DNA of 64,000 bases from Neoechinorhynchus agilis (lineage: Eukaryota; Animalia; Acanthocephala). This document shows, piece by piece, positions 51,701-64,000 of the stretch (the stretch's first letter is position 1; every line of letters starts with the position of its first letter). The notes below the pieces were generated by a model. The model was not told the origin of the DNA. It made no database searches and worked only from the letters and a program-made list of their open reading frames with translations. The stretch is taken from NCBI GenBank assembly GCA_051530055.1, contig CM121341.1, forward strand, positions 18,392,784 to 18,456,783. The letters are read 5' to 3'. The position numbers and the translations under genes are program-made.

Positions 51701-53034
51701 TTAATTCAAGTGGAGCAACTGGTGTCTCTCTTTAACTTAGCTGGCCATGACGCTTTAATATGATCTATTGGCAGTATTAGTAATTTAAGGACAGTTCTAC
51801 ACTTGTCCCCTCTAAACATTGCTCTGTTCAGATCAGTTGACCAATTACTTCTATCGCGGATTTATTTAGCCAATAATTTGAGTTATGCCCTTCCTCAAGT
51901 TAATTGTTTTATCAATTCAACAGCTAATCTTCTTCTCTATCAACCACAGAGGGTTTTCTCTGGACCTTACGAAAGCATATCATTTTGTTTCATTGGGTGT
52001 CAGCTATATCAAGTTAGACATTGTGGAGACGTTTTTCTGGTTAAAATACTTTCCAGTCAATACTGGGCAGCTCGCTGTAGAGAACAAATGGCGTTCGAAG
52101 GCGCCTTTTTAAAAACCTTAAGACCCTTCTCTTCGAAGTGGTGGAATACGATTTCGAGGAAGAAATTCATTAATTGGAAATCAAAGCTAACCTCCTGGTT
52201 AAAAACCTCCACTTTGGACCAGATACTAACTTCTATCTTTGATTTTTATGCCTCCGCTCGCGCCAAAGGAAATATTCCGCCAATCTTATTTCGCAGATTA
52301 ATTCGTAATCGCTCTGATTTGACTCAGAATGATATTGCCAAAGTTTGGTCCCTTAATCCCAAAATTTCCTCATCAAACAGCACTTCAGGAACAAAATGCT
52401 TCTCTCTGCTCCCTCGGGATTGCGTCCTCAACATAGCAAACTTGATGTTGAAGTGTTCCTCGTATGCCTGGCGGGATATAAATATCTCACGGCGCATCGC
52501 CTTGGTTAAAAATGGGACACCCAACGACCTTCGCCCGATCTCCTTGCAGAACCCATTGGTCACCCACCACCTACGAACGTGCTCTAGCGCATAAACTCAA
52601 TCTCTTCGTCTTGGAGCACAAGTGCATATCCTTTGAAAGGGAAGTCTGTTCACTCAGCGTTGGCTGATATTTATTCGAACTTTGGCGACGATGCGCCCCC
52701 TTTACGTGCACTTTTAGCAGTAGACCTGTCTCAGACCTTTGACGAAATCTCCCTAAGCTTCGTTGTCGAAATTTTAGAATTTTTCAGTGTTCCACATAAC
52801 CTAATTGCCAGGATTCATAATACGCTTTTCTCGAAAGCGTTTTATTACGATGATGATGTTGGCATGACGTTTTATTACCATCTTAACGGTGTTCCACAAG
52901 GATCGTTGCTCTACCTTATTTTATTCCTTTTGGCCCCTCAATATTGAGAGGTCTTTCTTTTCAACATTGTCGGGTTTTTTCTTTTCTTATATTGGTGTGA
53001 ATTAGCATTTTCGACGGCCAGAGAAACTTTGTTT

Positions 53035-53200
53035 TACATCAGAGAAGTGATGTAACCACTTAAACTCGGATGAAACGTTAAGAGTTCGTACATCTCTCTG
53101 GACCCTCAGATACCTCCAGGAGGCGGGACTCATCAATGAGTTTCCTCCTCCCTTCAGCGGTATTTCGCCCCCTTTGGTTCTGCGTCATCGGCGACAAACC
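53035..53200. repeat. Dispersed ~160-bp module (inverse of about 9690-9830; part also in 12200-12310)
   Basis: GGAGGCGGGACTCATC..GAGTTTCCTC..CCCTTCAGCGGTATTT shared. Confidence 0.65.
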
Positions 53201-53622
53201 GTTGAAGAGAGGAAACTCACTAATTTTCACAACTCTGGTGTCCTTAAAATTAATCGTTACCCAGTTCGTTAATTGTTTACATTTCGCCAAATATTTTGTC
53301 AAGCATTTAATTTTCCTATTTTGATCAGATATTCAACAATTGAACAACTTTTCACGTGAGTAGTATCCTCTATTTATTACTGCATTTACATCGTTTAATA
53401 TCCAACCTTAGTATTCACGTTCCCTACTATTACTCTTTGGTGTTACTGAATTCTTATTTTGTAGTTTTTTCACTTTTTATCAATGGCTTTAAACCTTCCC
53501 TAGACTTTTTTCACGTATTAAAGCTCAGAAACCATTCATAACCGTTTTCAATATTTAAAAATTTTCAGTATTTTTCTACATGACCTTCATTTATCACTTC
53601 AATGTTCTCAACGACTTTTCAC

Positions 53623-55766
53623 TCAAACGGTTGACGGGCATTCAAAATGAATGAGATGAAACACTTCGTTGGCTGTGTTACGAGTGCCGACTATCCTGAT
53701 GAACACAATGGGTCTTGGTTCAAACCGAAGAACCTGCCACGATGAGCATAATTCGTCTCGCTTGTCGACAGTCATGCTCCAATCTACGCCGTTAATCGAA
53801 GTCAAAATGTAGTAAGAGTAATGCCTTTGTTCAACGTCCCATAAAAGCATACTTTGGTGCATGTTAGGTCGACTAAATGCAAAGACAAACATCTCACCGA
53901 AATGAACCGATAATATATGGTTGAAAGAGTTGAATAGTTATATCTCCATTTCCAAGTTGGTGACATGTATACCCAGAATTCCAATCGTAATTTACCCAAT
54001 CTCCATCGATCAATGCGTTGGGTTCTCTACTGACTCCACTTAAAACTGCAGCTGATCCTTTAACCGCTACGTTCGCCTTAGGAGCTACGAAAAGAAATTA
54101 AGCCTATTAGATCACGCTCTTATTACCGTTGATATCGTCAATTGTCGGACACAGTCTTTCCGGATCACGGAACTGAATCGTGAGCGGTATATGTGGTGCA
54201 TCCGGTACGATTTTGTTAATGGTAAATCGAATACATTTAGCAACCACAGATTTGGTGTAAATCCTCTGTAAGTCTCTACACACATATTGGCTATAGTTCA
54301 CAATGGTCGTAAACTCCATGTTAGTTTTCATCGAAGATTCCACGATGTATGTAGAATCCCTGTGGTAGCATCGTTTAAATTCAACAGAATCGCATTCATA
54401 AAACTTACCTTAAGAGTCCTTCCAGCTGCATTTCGATATAGTTCATGAAGCACGGTTGGCTGAAATTCACAAGTAATTGCGTTTTTCCATTATTGAAAAT
54501 GGAATCAACTGATCCGAAGAGTTCAATTAAATTTCTATTGCAAACTAAGAACACAATTAAGGTATGATCTGTATAATTACTTACTGAGTTTGGCTCTCTC
54601 ATCTGTTAAAACTTGACCATTATTAACAGTTTTGATTTCATACCTTGAGCAGATAGCATCAAGCAAGCGAGTATCATCGAAGAGACCAGTTGCTCTAACC
54701 CATTTTAAGATTGCTTTTTCGTCTATAACTGTGATTATCTTTACAAGAGATGACAATTGTTTCATTTAAATCACGGTATTATGTTGGCGAGAGATTCACT
54801 TTGGGTGAAAAAAGCGATCATGCGATTTCGCCTCATTATATCTTGAAGAACTTTCACACCCTAGGCTATTCGTCTTTAGGATATACGCAAAATATATTCA
54901 CAGTTTTAAAAGGTTCAATCGTGCACACTCAAGCAGCTTGTGGGTGGGATTCAATAATATACCACGCATATTGTGCCAATCAATCAAAAATTTTACAATA
55001 ATTGCTTCGCTTGCATAGAATGTCGAACGAATCAGAATGCTCCGGACAACTTCTTCTGATGACTTCAAAAACATTTTACTTGCAAGGATCTCTTCTGAAT
55101 ACGCGTCGATTTCCATTAAACACTTTTTCGTTAACTTTTCTATTTGCTTAAGAAAGGCGACTTCATAAATTTGAAGGGCATTAAAGCGATCAACTTTTTT
55201 CTCGACAATCTTGGACATTGCCTCAAACAAGTGTATAAATCCAAATTGATCTGCTGCGATCAACATATTGGTCGGACATAAATCCTAAAATATTCGACGA
55301 ATATGGAGTGCTGTGAACCGAGAATTATTGTACTTTTTCTATTATATGATTAATCGATCCAGTATAAGCGTAAATAAGAAGATCCCGGAAAGTACTTGTG
55401 TCGATGTCGTGTACCTCAATCTCCTCATTTGGTTTAAGAAATGATTCCTTCATTCCGTTATAGAATAAAGCGCTAAAGAAAGCTTTAAGCTCTATTATTC
55501 GACGAAAAGGTCATACGAGAAATATGGCGACCTCACGGCTAAGATACACTTATGGACTTTGAAATAAGAATTTCCGACTTTTAGAGTGGCATCACTGTAA
55601 CTGCCGTCAAATAAAGATCCTTAGATGTGTATACTATTGAATGGCTGGACGGGTAAACCAGACAAAACGAACCGATTTGCTCAAGAAGTTTGTTGCGATG
55701 TGAAGTGCCGTCCTCCGCGAATTCAATATTCTGAACAATTTGAAACTTTGTTTGTAAATTTTGCAT
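53623..55766 (-). CDS. BTBD9: BTB/POZ domain-containing protein 9 (BTB, BACK, two F5/8-like domains), multi-exon
   Basis: YSDATLKV..VHKCILAVRSPYF, YAYTG, LLDAI, NALIDGD..YDWNSGYTCHQLG, LLWD..YSYYI, FIRIVGTRNTANEVFHLIHFECP; several short GT-AG introns plus one non-canonical. Confidence 0.93.
54725..54907 (-). other. Putative non-canonical (AA..AT or AA..AG) TIR-bearing intron in BTBD9
   Basis: 183 nt between TA direct repeats; 16/19 inverted repeat (54724-54742 vs 54890-54908); in-frame stop inside; removal gives RLNLLDEKAILKWVR, colinear with RLPLMSLTELLNVVR. Confidence 0.8.
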
Positions 55767-56525
55767 TTTAATCAGAATCTGAAAGGAATGAGCATGCGTA
55801 AGATCATTTGTACGCACTCTACAGGCCAAAGAGAAAATAATTTGGATAAAACACGATTAAATGTTCCGGACGATGGAGGTTTGAACTAAATGTGAATGCA
55901 ACAAATTGCATGAGATACCGTTCCCACCTAGTCCCGGCGTTCCTGTTGGAGCAAGAAAAGGCAATACACTGAATGCGTCGTTGCGATGGGAGAGAAAGAT
56001 ATCGACAAACATTTTAGGGAGAGAAACGAGGAGGCAGACGTATAGAATTTCTGGATTTTGGCAGCGCTGATTTACAAAAAATCAATTTTTGATCTTGAAG
56101 TGAAGAAATAGTCCAATAATGGATTTTTAGTGAGCTTCCAACGTTTTATTGCTTTCGTTTTAAAAATAACTATATTTTCCACCATGATTAATCCATTTCC
56201 AATATCGAAAGAGGGATCACTGGTAGGATAAGTTGCGTGGTTAACATTTTTCAATGAAACAATTTAAAGCTTTAAAATGTTTATCCGTTTGCCGACGAAC
56301 TGCTCTCTTAGCGCTCTTTCTAGACAAAAATGTGAGATTGTGATGAGAAATTTGAAGATAAAACGTTCACGAGAAGAGGATTGTGGTAATGGAAACTAAT
56401 GAATATTCGGAACATATAGTACATCTTCTATTTCATTACACTACCTTTTTTTGTGATTTAGAAATTTACACAAATAAAGATCTACGAACTGTCGCCCTGA
56501 TTTTATTTCTCAGAATGATTATTTT

Positions 56526-57808
56526 CTAATGAAGTGATATTTCAGTTTCACTCATTAGATCGTCGGAAACGAAAATATATGGTTCATTGCTCGAGTTCCC
56601 GGCCTTTACTTCTTTTTCGCAACTTCGTACATCATCTTTATGTAAAGCTTGATTTGCGTTTCGCCGTATTTCTTCGTACTCACACCATTCCGTTTTTGGG
56701 ATTTTGGGCAAACTCTTTCCAGGATGGAATTCGGGGAAAATGTGAGCTGTTTTTTCTGGTGGTTGTCTTCGATGCCAGTAGTCGTGAATTATTTTCGAAA
56801 CTCCTGAGTTGTAAAGTGAAATGACGGCGACTGACGAGAGAGTCAAGAAAGGGATAAATACGGGTAATGTTCGCTCAAACACGGCTGGGTTATGTTTGCG
56901 TCCGTTTGTAGCCGCCATCATGTCAAAGATGGTAGTTGTTAAAGGCTTCCCTCGATAATGAACTTCCATCTTCAACCTACGCCAATTGGAACAATCCAGA
57001 CTAGAGCCACGGTTGATAATAGTGGTGAGTGTATAGTGGAGATGTGGACAAATGACATTGGAAGGCCGAATCCGAGATAATATGGCCACGATGAGTGAAT
57101 ACGTTGGCATCGGTCAAGAATAGGTACTGATTCGTGGTACCAAATGGGTTCGAACATTATCATTGACATCAATAAACCATGAACTAGGACTAAAGCTAGT
57201 CTAGCAAGGGAAAAAGGCAGACATTCATTAAAGGCGTATATTGCGAGAAGTCCACAATGGAGAATCGTAGCGAACTGGAGTACGCTGAGAAGACTGACGC
57301 TTGCGTCCGCAATCAATCGGTGCCTAGAAAATTGCTGACATGCCTTTTGATCGGAGCCATCAGAGAACCTGAGAGCAGTGTTCTTAGCTTCTGTTAGAAA
57401 TCCAAAGGTATAGAATCTCCACAAAGTCATCATAAGAGGACCGATTGTGATCGCGTAAAAGAAACGAACAATTGTGTAAGCGCCGGAATTACAAAAACAT
57501 CCTGTGCATCCGAGAAATTGAAATGTTATAGCCAAGCATGCGATTAATAAAGATAAAGCAGTCGCCATTTTTACTGTTTCACTTCTAATCACTTCATGTA
57601 GTCCAATAGACTGCACGGCGTACATTGCTCGGAATGAAAAGATACCAAAATGAACAATTCCCCTTATAAAGTCCTCGGATATCGACGTTAAATTCGCCAG
57701 GATTGATACAATGGTTGATGGGACTAAGTATGTGAGTGCATGATTGGACCGCTGAGCGCTTCTGTTTTTCTTGAACGAAGCGGACGTCGTGGAGTCGTTG
57801 GATATCAT
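56526..57808 (-). CDS. EI24: Etoposide-induced protein 2.4 homolog; 35-nt GT-AG intron 56946-56980
   Basis: LIADASVSLL, FEPIWY..SWPYYLGFGLP, multi-pass membrane pattern. Confidence 0.85.
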
Positions 57809-58484
57809 CTTAAACGATAGCAGGTGATCCTAGGATTAATCATGAACAATATCTAAGCGATACGGATGTCTACCTTTAATTACAGTAAAGAATGGGGTTA
57901 AAAAAGGATGTCCGTCATCACTAAATGAAATTCGCAATCAAATTGATACCCCGTCGAAGACCAATGCCGCACGGTGGTGATGAAGATCCTGACCGTTATT
58001 GAGAAGTGCATCCAGCCTCCACAGCATCGGTCGCGAATGAAGACGTCAAAAAACGAGAGCTGACGCACAATCTTGTAAGAGTCAAGAGGAATTGATGAAT
58101 AGACAGGAAATGAGCAAGAAGCTGTGTTCTTTCTAAAAATAATATAACCTTCCATTCGCAGAATGCTTTGGTGTATGGAAAATGTTTAGACCAAGGTGAA
58201 GTGGAGAAAATCCATAATGAAAAAGTGGGTTAGGTTCCCAATAAGAATTTTTTGCGGAGCAACTAGAGAGGAAATTGATTTTTATTGATGACAAATTTAC
58301 TTGAATTGAAAAAATGGAGATGTCAATGTGCATTGTTTCTTGACAAGTAGAAACTTCGATTGATTCAAAGTTTTGTTGTGCTTAATATTTTTTAAAGCGA
58401 AGCTCGTTTGGATTTAGCGAAGTATTACACGGCATCCGTTTCGTTTTGAATTTTGAAGTACAAATATGTTTAAGTGTGTTGGAC

Positions 58485-58659
58485 CATCCCTTGCTCGGCT
58501 TTTTCCTTTCAGGCACACAACCAACCGATATATTGGATCAGGGAAGTGAAGTGATTGAATAACTTCCCCAATACAAGATATCGATTGGCTGTATGCCTAA
58601 AGGAAAAGCCGAGTAAGGTTGTTCTACCACTTAATTAATATAACCGGCTTGCCAGTAGA
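58485..58659. mobile_element. MITE of the CTGGCAAGCCGG family (hairpin)
   Basis: CTCGGCTTTTCCTTT.AGGCA..CAA..CCGATAT / ATATCGATTGG..TGCCTAAAGGAAAAGCCGAG; ends CCGGCTTGCCAG|TA. Confidence 0.6.
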
Positions 58660-59959
58660 CAAAAGAGAATTAAAAAAAGAACAAAGGATTTTATTAGACA
58701 TTGAAAAAAATGCACTATTAGGAGAGAACTTTTAACTCATATTAATAAGAAATAGCATGAATTTTATTATATCGCTACGTGTTACTGGCATATAGTGCAA
58801 AACAGACGAGAAAATGTCTACAAATGCGATTACAAAAATCTCTAAGGCAATCGTTAATCTTCATTATGTGGTTTATCGCATTGTTCGCCCGTGCTATTTT
58901 TCTCTTGCGTGATGCAAATCGAATTTGTTGAGAAATGCATAAAATCGAAACAAAGATCACATCTTCTAAGTGTCGACGAGGGAATGCCCATTTTTGTTTA
59001 AATTGATTTTATCGGAAATCCAGTGGAGTCCACTGATGTTAAAGTCATTTTCAAAGCTAGCAATCAAAAATTTGAATGAAACGAAACTGGTATTCCATTG
59101 CTGTTTAAACCGTGAAAAATTGTCGGCCATAAATACCCGGGTGAAACGACAATGGGGGAAAATTAAAATTTCAGGTAAAATAATGATAAATGGGGCGGAT
59201 AAGTTTCTTGGATGACCTTATTCTCCGCTAATAAAATGATAGCAGAATGTTACGAAAATATTTTTCCGTCGTAATTTGGGAAATTTCGAATGTAAAACTG
59301 CTTAATTAAGATGTCGGGCGGCTTTAGTGATTCCTAGCGTAAAACGATCGAACTTTAGACACCTCAAAAATGCCTAAGTACCAATCAGACTGCATCTATG
59401 CAAAATTGGGCAAATAGGAATTCAAATTGATCAATAAAGACTATTTGTTTGCAAATATGATATTGCAAGGAAATACCACAAAATTGTTCTTACAAAGCAA
59501 ATTGTATTAGCCTTGAGTTCTTTAGATGTTGTTAATAAATCTTCAAATAATAGTGATCACGATATTCACTTTTTAAATCACCTTGTGAATGATAAACTAT
59601 GTATACTTAATCTTCTTTCGTTTTTAAAGAGGTTTAATGTAAATATTGAATTTCGTTCCATTTTGACACTTTTTGCGATTAGAGCCCCAATTCCATTGCT
59701 CAAAATCAGATCAAAAATAGTCTTAACACCCAGCAGGTTATCGTGGACGTAAGATTTCGATCTGAGCGAGCATCGGCACTTACTCGAGTCAGAATACAAC
59801 TAAGCATTTCATATCAAGGCATGACTTAAGACAAATCGATCGTCTTTTGTATTTTTAACATTTAAGAATTCAAAATTGCTCCTTTCGGTAATGCACTTAT
59901 TTCACAAAATTTATATTTAAACCTGTAAACAACATTTCTTTGAACTTTTCTCTCACTTG

Positions 59960-61210
59960 AGAGGTCGTTCTTTTCAGCATTGTCGGTTTTCGTCTTTGTT
60001 CTTCTCCTTTCCCAGCGTCTTGAGATATCCGTTCAGGCGTCTTCATCTGCTTGTGTCACCTGCAGGTACCACCGCATCCGCCTCTTAGCGATTGCCCCCT
60101 TGATCGGCTCGACAGCAAACAGCTCTCGCACCTCATTGTGCACTCGATCCTTGCGTGTCAATCCTGCGGACCATCTCAGCATCCGCATTTAATGACGGCT
60201 AATACCCGCGTTGAACTCTTTGTCCGATCTCTGGTGCAAGCTCACATTGCATGTTCAACAGGCTGCCCAAATATTTAAAGGTGTTCATCTTTTTGATCTG
60301 AGTTCCTTGCATATCGAGGTTACCCGACCCCATGTATTTCGTTTTGCGCCTGCTCACTCTCAATACGTTGCTCTCCAGCAAATTCCTGAGCGTGTCCACG
60401 TCCCTAACTGTGAGCACCAAATCGTCCGCGAATGGTGCGTTCATTTCTCTTTCCGCATTTCCTAGGACGTCTATCACAATCGTAAACAAGAATGGGCTCA
60501 GAGCCGAACCTTGTTGCAGACCCATGGAGACTCGGAAATAGTCGGTCGTTCCGCTGTGGCATCGCATGCAGGTGTAGCATTCTCGATACATCACTTGGAT
60601 CGCGGCGACATAGTGTTCGTGACAATTCCTTTTCCTGAGGAATGCCCACACCAGATCTCGATGGACAGTGTCGTACGTCCCTTCCAAATCGACGAACACA
60701 CTGTGCAACGGGCATTGCATCTCACTGGCGTCGATTGAGCTTCTGCCGGGCATGAATCCTCGTTGGTACTCGCTGATTCGGATCTCCTCGCTAATCCTGG
60801 GATCGATCATTTCGTTCTCACAGTTTAATTGCGTGATACATGAGTTTGATGCCGCGGTAGCTCCTACACTGCAGAACATCCCCTTTGCCTTTGAAGATCG
60901 GTATCAATATGCTTTCCTGCCATTCCGACGGGATATTTTCCTCCATATCTATCTTCTGAAAGAGCCTCGTGAGCAACTTTATTCCGAAGACTCCCAGGGA
61001 TTGCCACAGCTCGATCGGAATGTTATCTGGACCGGCGCTCCTACCGGTCTTCATTTTCCTAAGCTGTGCAGCCACCTCGTCGTACGAGTACGGCCTCGTC
61101 ATATTAACATTCGGGTGTACGTCCTCTAGAGACAGTCTGTCATTCTCAGTGTTCAGCAGAGTGCTGAAATATTCCTTCCACCTATCCAAAATGTCCTTGC
61201 ATTGGTACAA
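59960..61210 (-). mobile_element. RTE-clade LINE, 5'-truncated and decayed
   Basis: RWKEYF, AGPDNIP, YRGIKL, QRGFMPGRS, FVDLE..YD, GLQQGSALSPFLF, FADD, FKYLGS. Confidence 0.85.
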
Positions 61211-61499
61211 TGCACGATATCCCGCGATTTTTTATCCCTGACTTTGGCCGTGGTGCACTCCTCTCCTAATATTATCTTGACATTCTGAACTTCACCCCAT
61301 CTCCCTATCGGATATGTGGTAGGACGTCAGCGATACGCATAGTACGATCGATAGTGTGTAGTGCATGTACGTTTGAACATTGTGGTTTGACATTGATAAT
61401 AAAACATAGAGTTAGTAGAAGCATGCCGGCATAAGTGGCGACGAGGGTGGGATGGAGATCAAAGACCTGGTGAAAGTGATGATGGTTCAACAGAAGCAG

Positions 61500-62020
61500 C
61501 AGGGGGAAGTGATGACGCAGCTGTTAAAATTAATGGTCAACGAGAAAAAGCATCGAGGTAAGATCCATCCCAGTGTTCCATGGTTATAATAAAGAAAGCC
61601 AAGAGTGGCATGAATACGTCGTCGAATTGGGTTTATGAGGAAAAAAGTAAAAAATCGAGCATATTAGCATGGATGGGTGCGGAAGCCTTTAAAAATCTAG
61701 AAACTCACAGCAGCTCCGGATATGGAAACATTGTCTTTCAAAGAGATTGTCCAGCTACTGGCCAAGCATTATAAAAATGAGAAACCAGAAATTATGGCAT
61801 GATATTAATTTAATTCGATGCCTAAGCGGGACAATCAACCACACGCGGAATGGGTAACAGAATTAAGGGGAGCAGCCAGGGGTTGCAAGTTTTTTCTGAG
61901 AAAATCGTCGATGAAAGAACGGCCGTGGACGATAGAATAAAGGATCTCGTGATATTGAACACCCCGAATGCTGGACTCCGAACTACTGCACTGCAGATGC
62001 CGATTATGGATTTATAGAAA
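61500..62020 (+). mobile_element. Gypsy-like gag remnant
   Basis: LAWMGAEAF..SFKEIVQLLAKHY..EWVTELRGAARGCKF..DDRIKD. Confidence 0.55.
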
Positions 62021-62189
62021 TTGCTGGAGATTGCGGGAATGATGGAGGCAAGTGAACAGGCGAAGAAATTGCTTTCTGCGAAAAAAAGTGAAATCGTCGG
62101 AGAAGTTTATAAATTAAATGAGAGAGCATTTAGAAGAGGATTTAAGCAGCGTCGGAGATTCTCAAGAAACGAAGATGATGGTTCAAAGT

Positions 62190-64000
62190 GTCAAAAATGT
62201 GTGTATAAGCATGTTGTCGCGAGCGCAATGGCGTAGGGGAACCCTGGCCAAATTGGCAAGGGACGCCAGAATGGATCTTGTGTTTTTACAAGAATTGCGC
62301 ATAAGAGGCCAGTCAGGCACAGACGTAAATCAGGAGGATTTAGGAGGAGGCTGGTCATTATGTTACCTATCTGCGGACAGTCGAGGAAATGAGGTGTAGG
62401 CGCTTGTTTATCACCCTGCCTCCGAAACTCAGCACTATGCAGTACTATAACTGACCGAATTCTTCGTGTCAGCATAAAGCTTCGGTCGAGAAATCTCTAT
62501 GCTTTTGGCGTGTTTTCACCGACCTCCTCGTCGGATGAAGAGGCGTTTGAAGGATTTTATGAAAATCTAGCCGAAGCATTAGATTATGTACCGAACAGCC
62601 GGTGACTTCAACGCGAGTTTACCGCATTCCGAAAGATCGCTATATGTGTTGAAAGGCGAGAATCGGAACAGCCGGTACTTGGTTGAGGCGCTGGAGCGGC
62701 ATGATCTCGTGTCTGCTAACACTTTATTCCGGAAGCGTCCGTGGCGTTTGGCGACGTTTATGGGTCAAAAGAATCCGTCCAAACATGCCATGGGAAAAAA
62801 TCTCAAGAGACGCTTAGCTCAGCTTGACCATATATTGTTGAGACGTAGGGAAAAATGTCGGGTCAAAAACGGTGACACATTCACAGTTGATGGGCTGCCA
62901 ACCGACCACAGCTTGATGATGTGTCAGTTGAGCATGAGTGACTCGTTGTTCCGTACGCCTCAGCATCCTCCACGTCCGTTCTATGGCGCCCTCGCTAATG
63001 AGGAGAAGAGGAAAGAGTTCGATACCGAACTAGAGAATCAACTGAGCTCGATGCCAGCTGCTGAAACGGACATTGATTTTTATTACAAGTCAATCTGCGA
63101 CGCGGTGACCGAAGCGGCCGAGAAAACCCTCCCAAAAATGAGGCGTATAAAAGCTGCAAAGGTTATATGGTAGGAGGACTGTGAATTTATGGCAATGGCC
63201 GAGCAGATCAAAACTCTAAGAAAAAGAGGAAAACGATCTGAGGCTCGCATTGCAAGTCTTGAACATGCCAACCTCTATAATGAAAAGCAAAAGGCTTCGA
63301 TAGAGGATGCAGTTCGCAGGATCGCATATAAGGAAGGTTTTGTTAGTACCTCCTTAGCATGGAGAGTGATAAAAACTCTCACAGGAAGATCCCAAAGACA
63401 GCCAACTTTGATTAAAGATCCCTCCCCGGAAATCAGAAAAAAGAGAATCGCAAATTATTTTGCGGAAATTCTGAATTCGCCATTATCGTCTTTGAAAGTG
63501 AGTTCTGCACTTCCAAAAGGCACAATCGTCCCAAGCACTCAGGCATACTTCACTGGACCGATTTCCGTGAAGGGAGCGATCGCTGCGGCGAAAATTATGC
63601 ATGCGAGACGTGCATCAGGCCCAGATGGGATAATGGCAGAGGTACTGAGGTTTGAATCTATTGCCAGAATAATCATACCGATAATGAATGGCATAATGAA
63701 TGGTGGCTCAGTACCTCAAATCTGGCAAACGGCGCATTTAGCAATGATCCCCAGGAAATGCTGCTCGACAAAGGTGGAGGAATACAGAGGTATATCCTTG
63801 ATGCCCAACACGGCAAAACTTTTCAGCAGCATTTTGAGACGCCGAATTCAGCCAATCCTCGAACCGTTTCTAAGAATTGAACAGAACGGCTTTAGGGAAG
63901 GTCGAGGCACTACAGAGCACATATTGGCTTTGAGGAGGATCCTCGAGGAGGCACGAATTTATCAAACGGATGTGACGCTAGTATTTGTTGATTTCCGTCG
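62190..64000 (+). mobile_element. APE-RT LINE (RTE-like), decayed, runs off the window
   Basis: VFLQELR, AGDFNA, LDHILL, TDH; ASGPDG, YRGISL, EQNGFREGRGT.EHILALRRILE, VFVDF. Confidence 0.85.

Noticed and set aside
55830-56260. Possible small spliced genes here and at 57890-58310 and 400-1205
   Set aside because: Splice-like signals are present but I recognised no protein motif; not supportable

Overview
Eukaryotic DNA from a compact animal-type genome; BTBD9, EI24 and a BIR-BIR-RING IAP point to Metazoa/Holozoa, and the species cannot be determined from sequence alone. Tightly packed housekeeping genes (PIGB, EIF3D, PDCD5, IAP, DAD1, calmodulin-like, PRDX3, BTBD9, EI24) are either intronless or carry very short (35-50 nt) canonical GT-AG introns. 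They are interleaved with decayed retroelements (many CRE-type RLE LINEs, APE-type LINEs, Penelope, Gypsy) and palindromic TA-flanked MITEs. About 17 kb (20079-36790) recurs as a diverged copy (39477-52945), either a segmental duplication or an uncollapsed haplotype, and this exposes filled versus empty insertion sites. Main finding: two conserved genes (EIF3D, BTBD9) are each interrupted in coding sequence by an insertion with terminal inverted repeats and a TA-containing direct repeat. Neither has a GT-AG solution, and precise removal restores the conserved protein. These look like MITE-derived non-canonical introns (introners); PIGB has a weaker third candidate. Splicing is inferred and not shown. 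The assembly also appears to contain small indel errors and one poly-C/G artefact.
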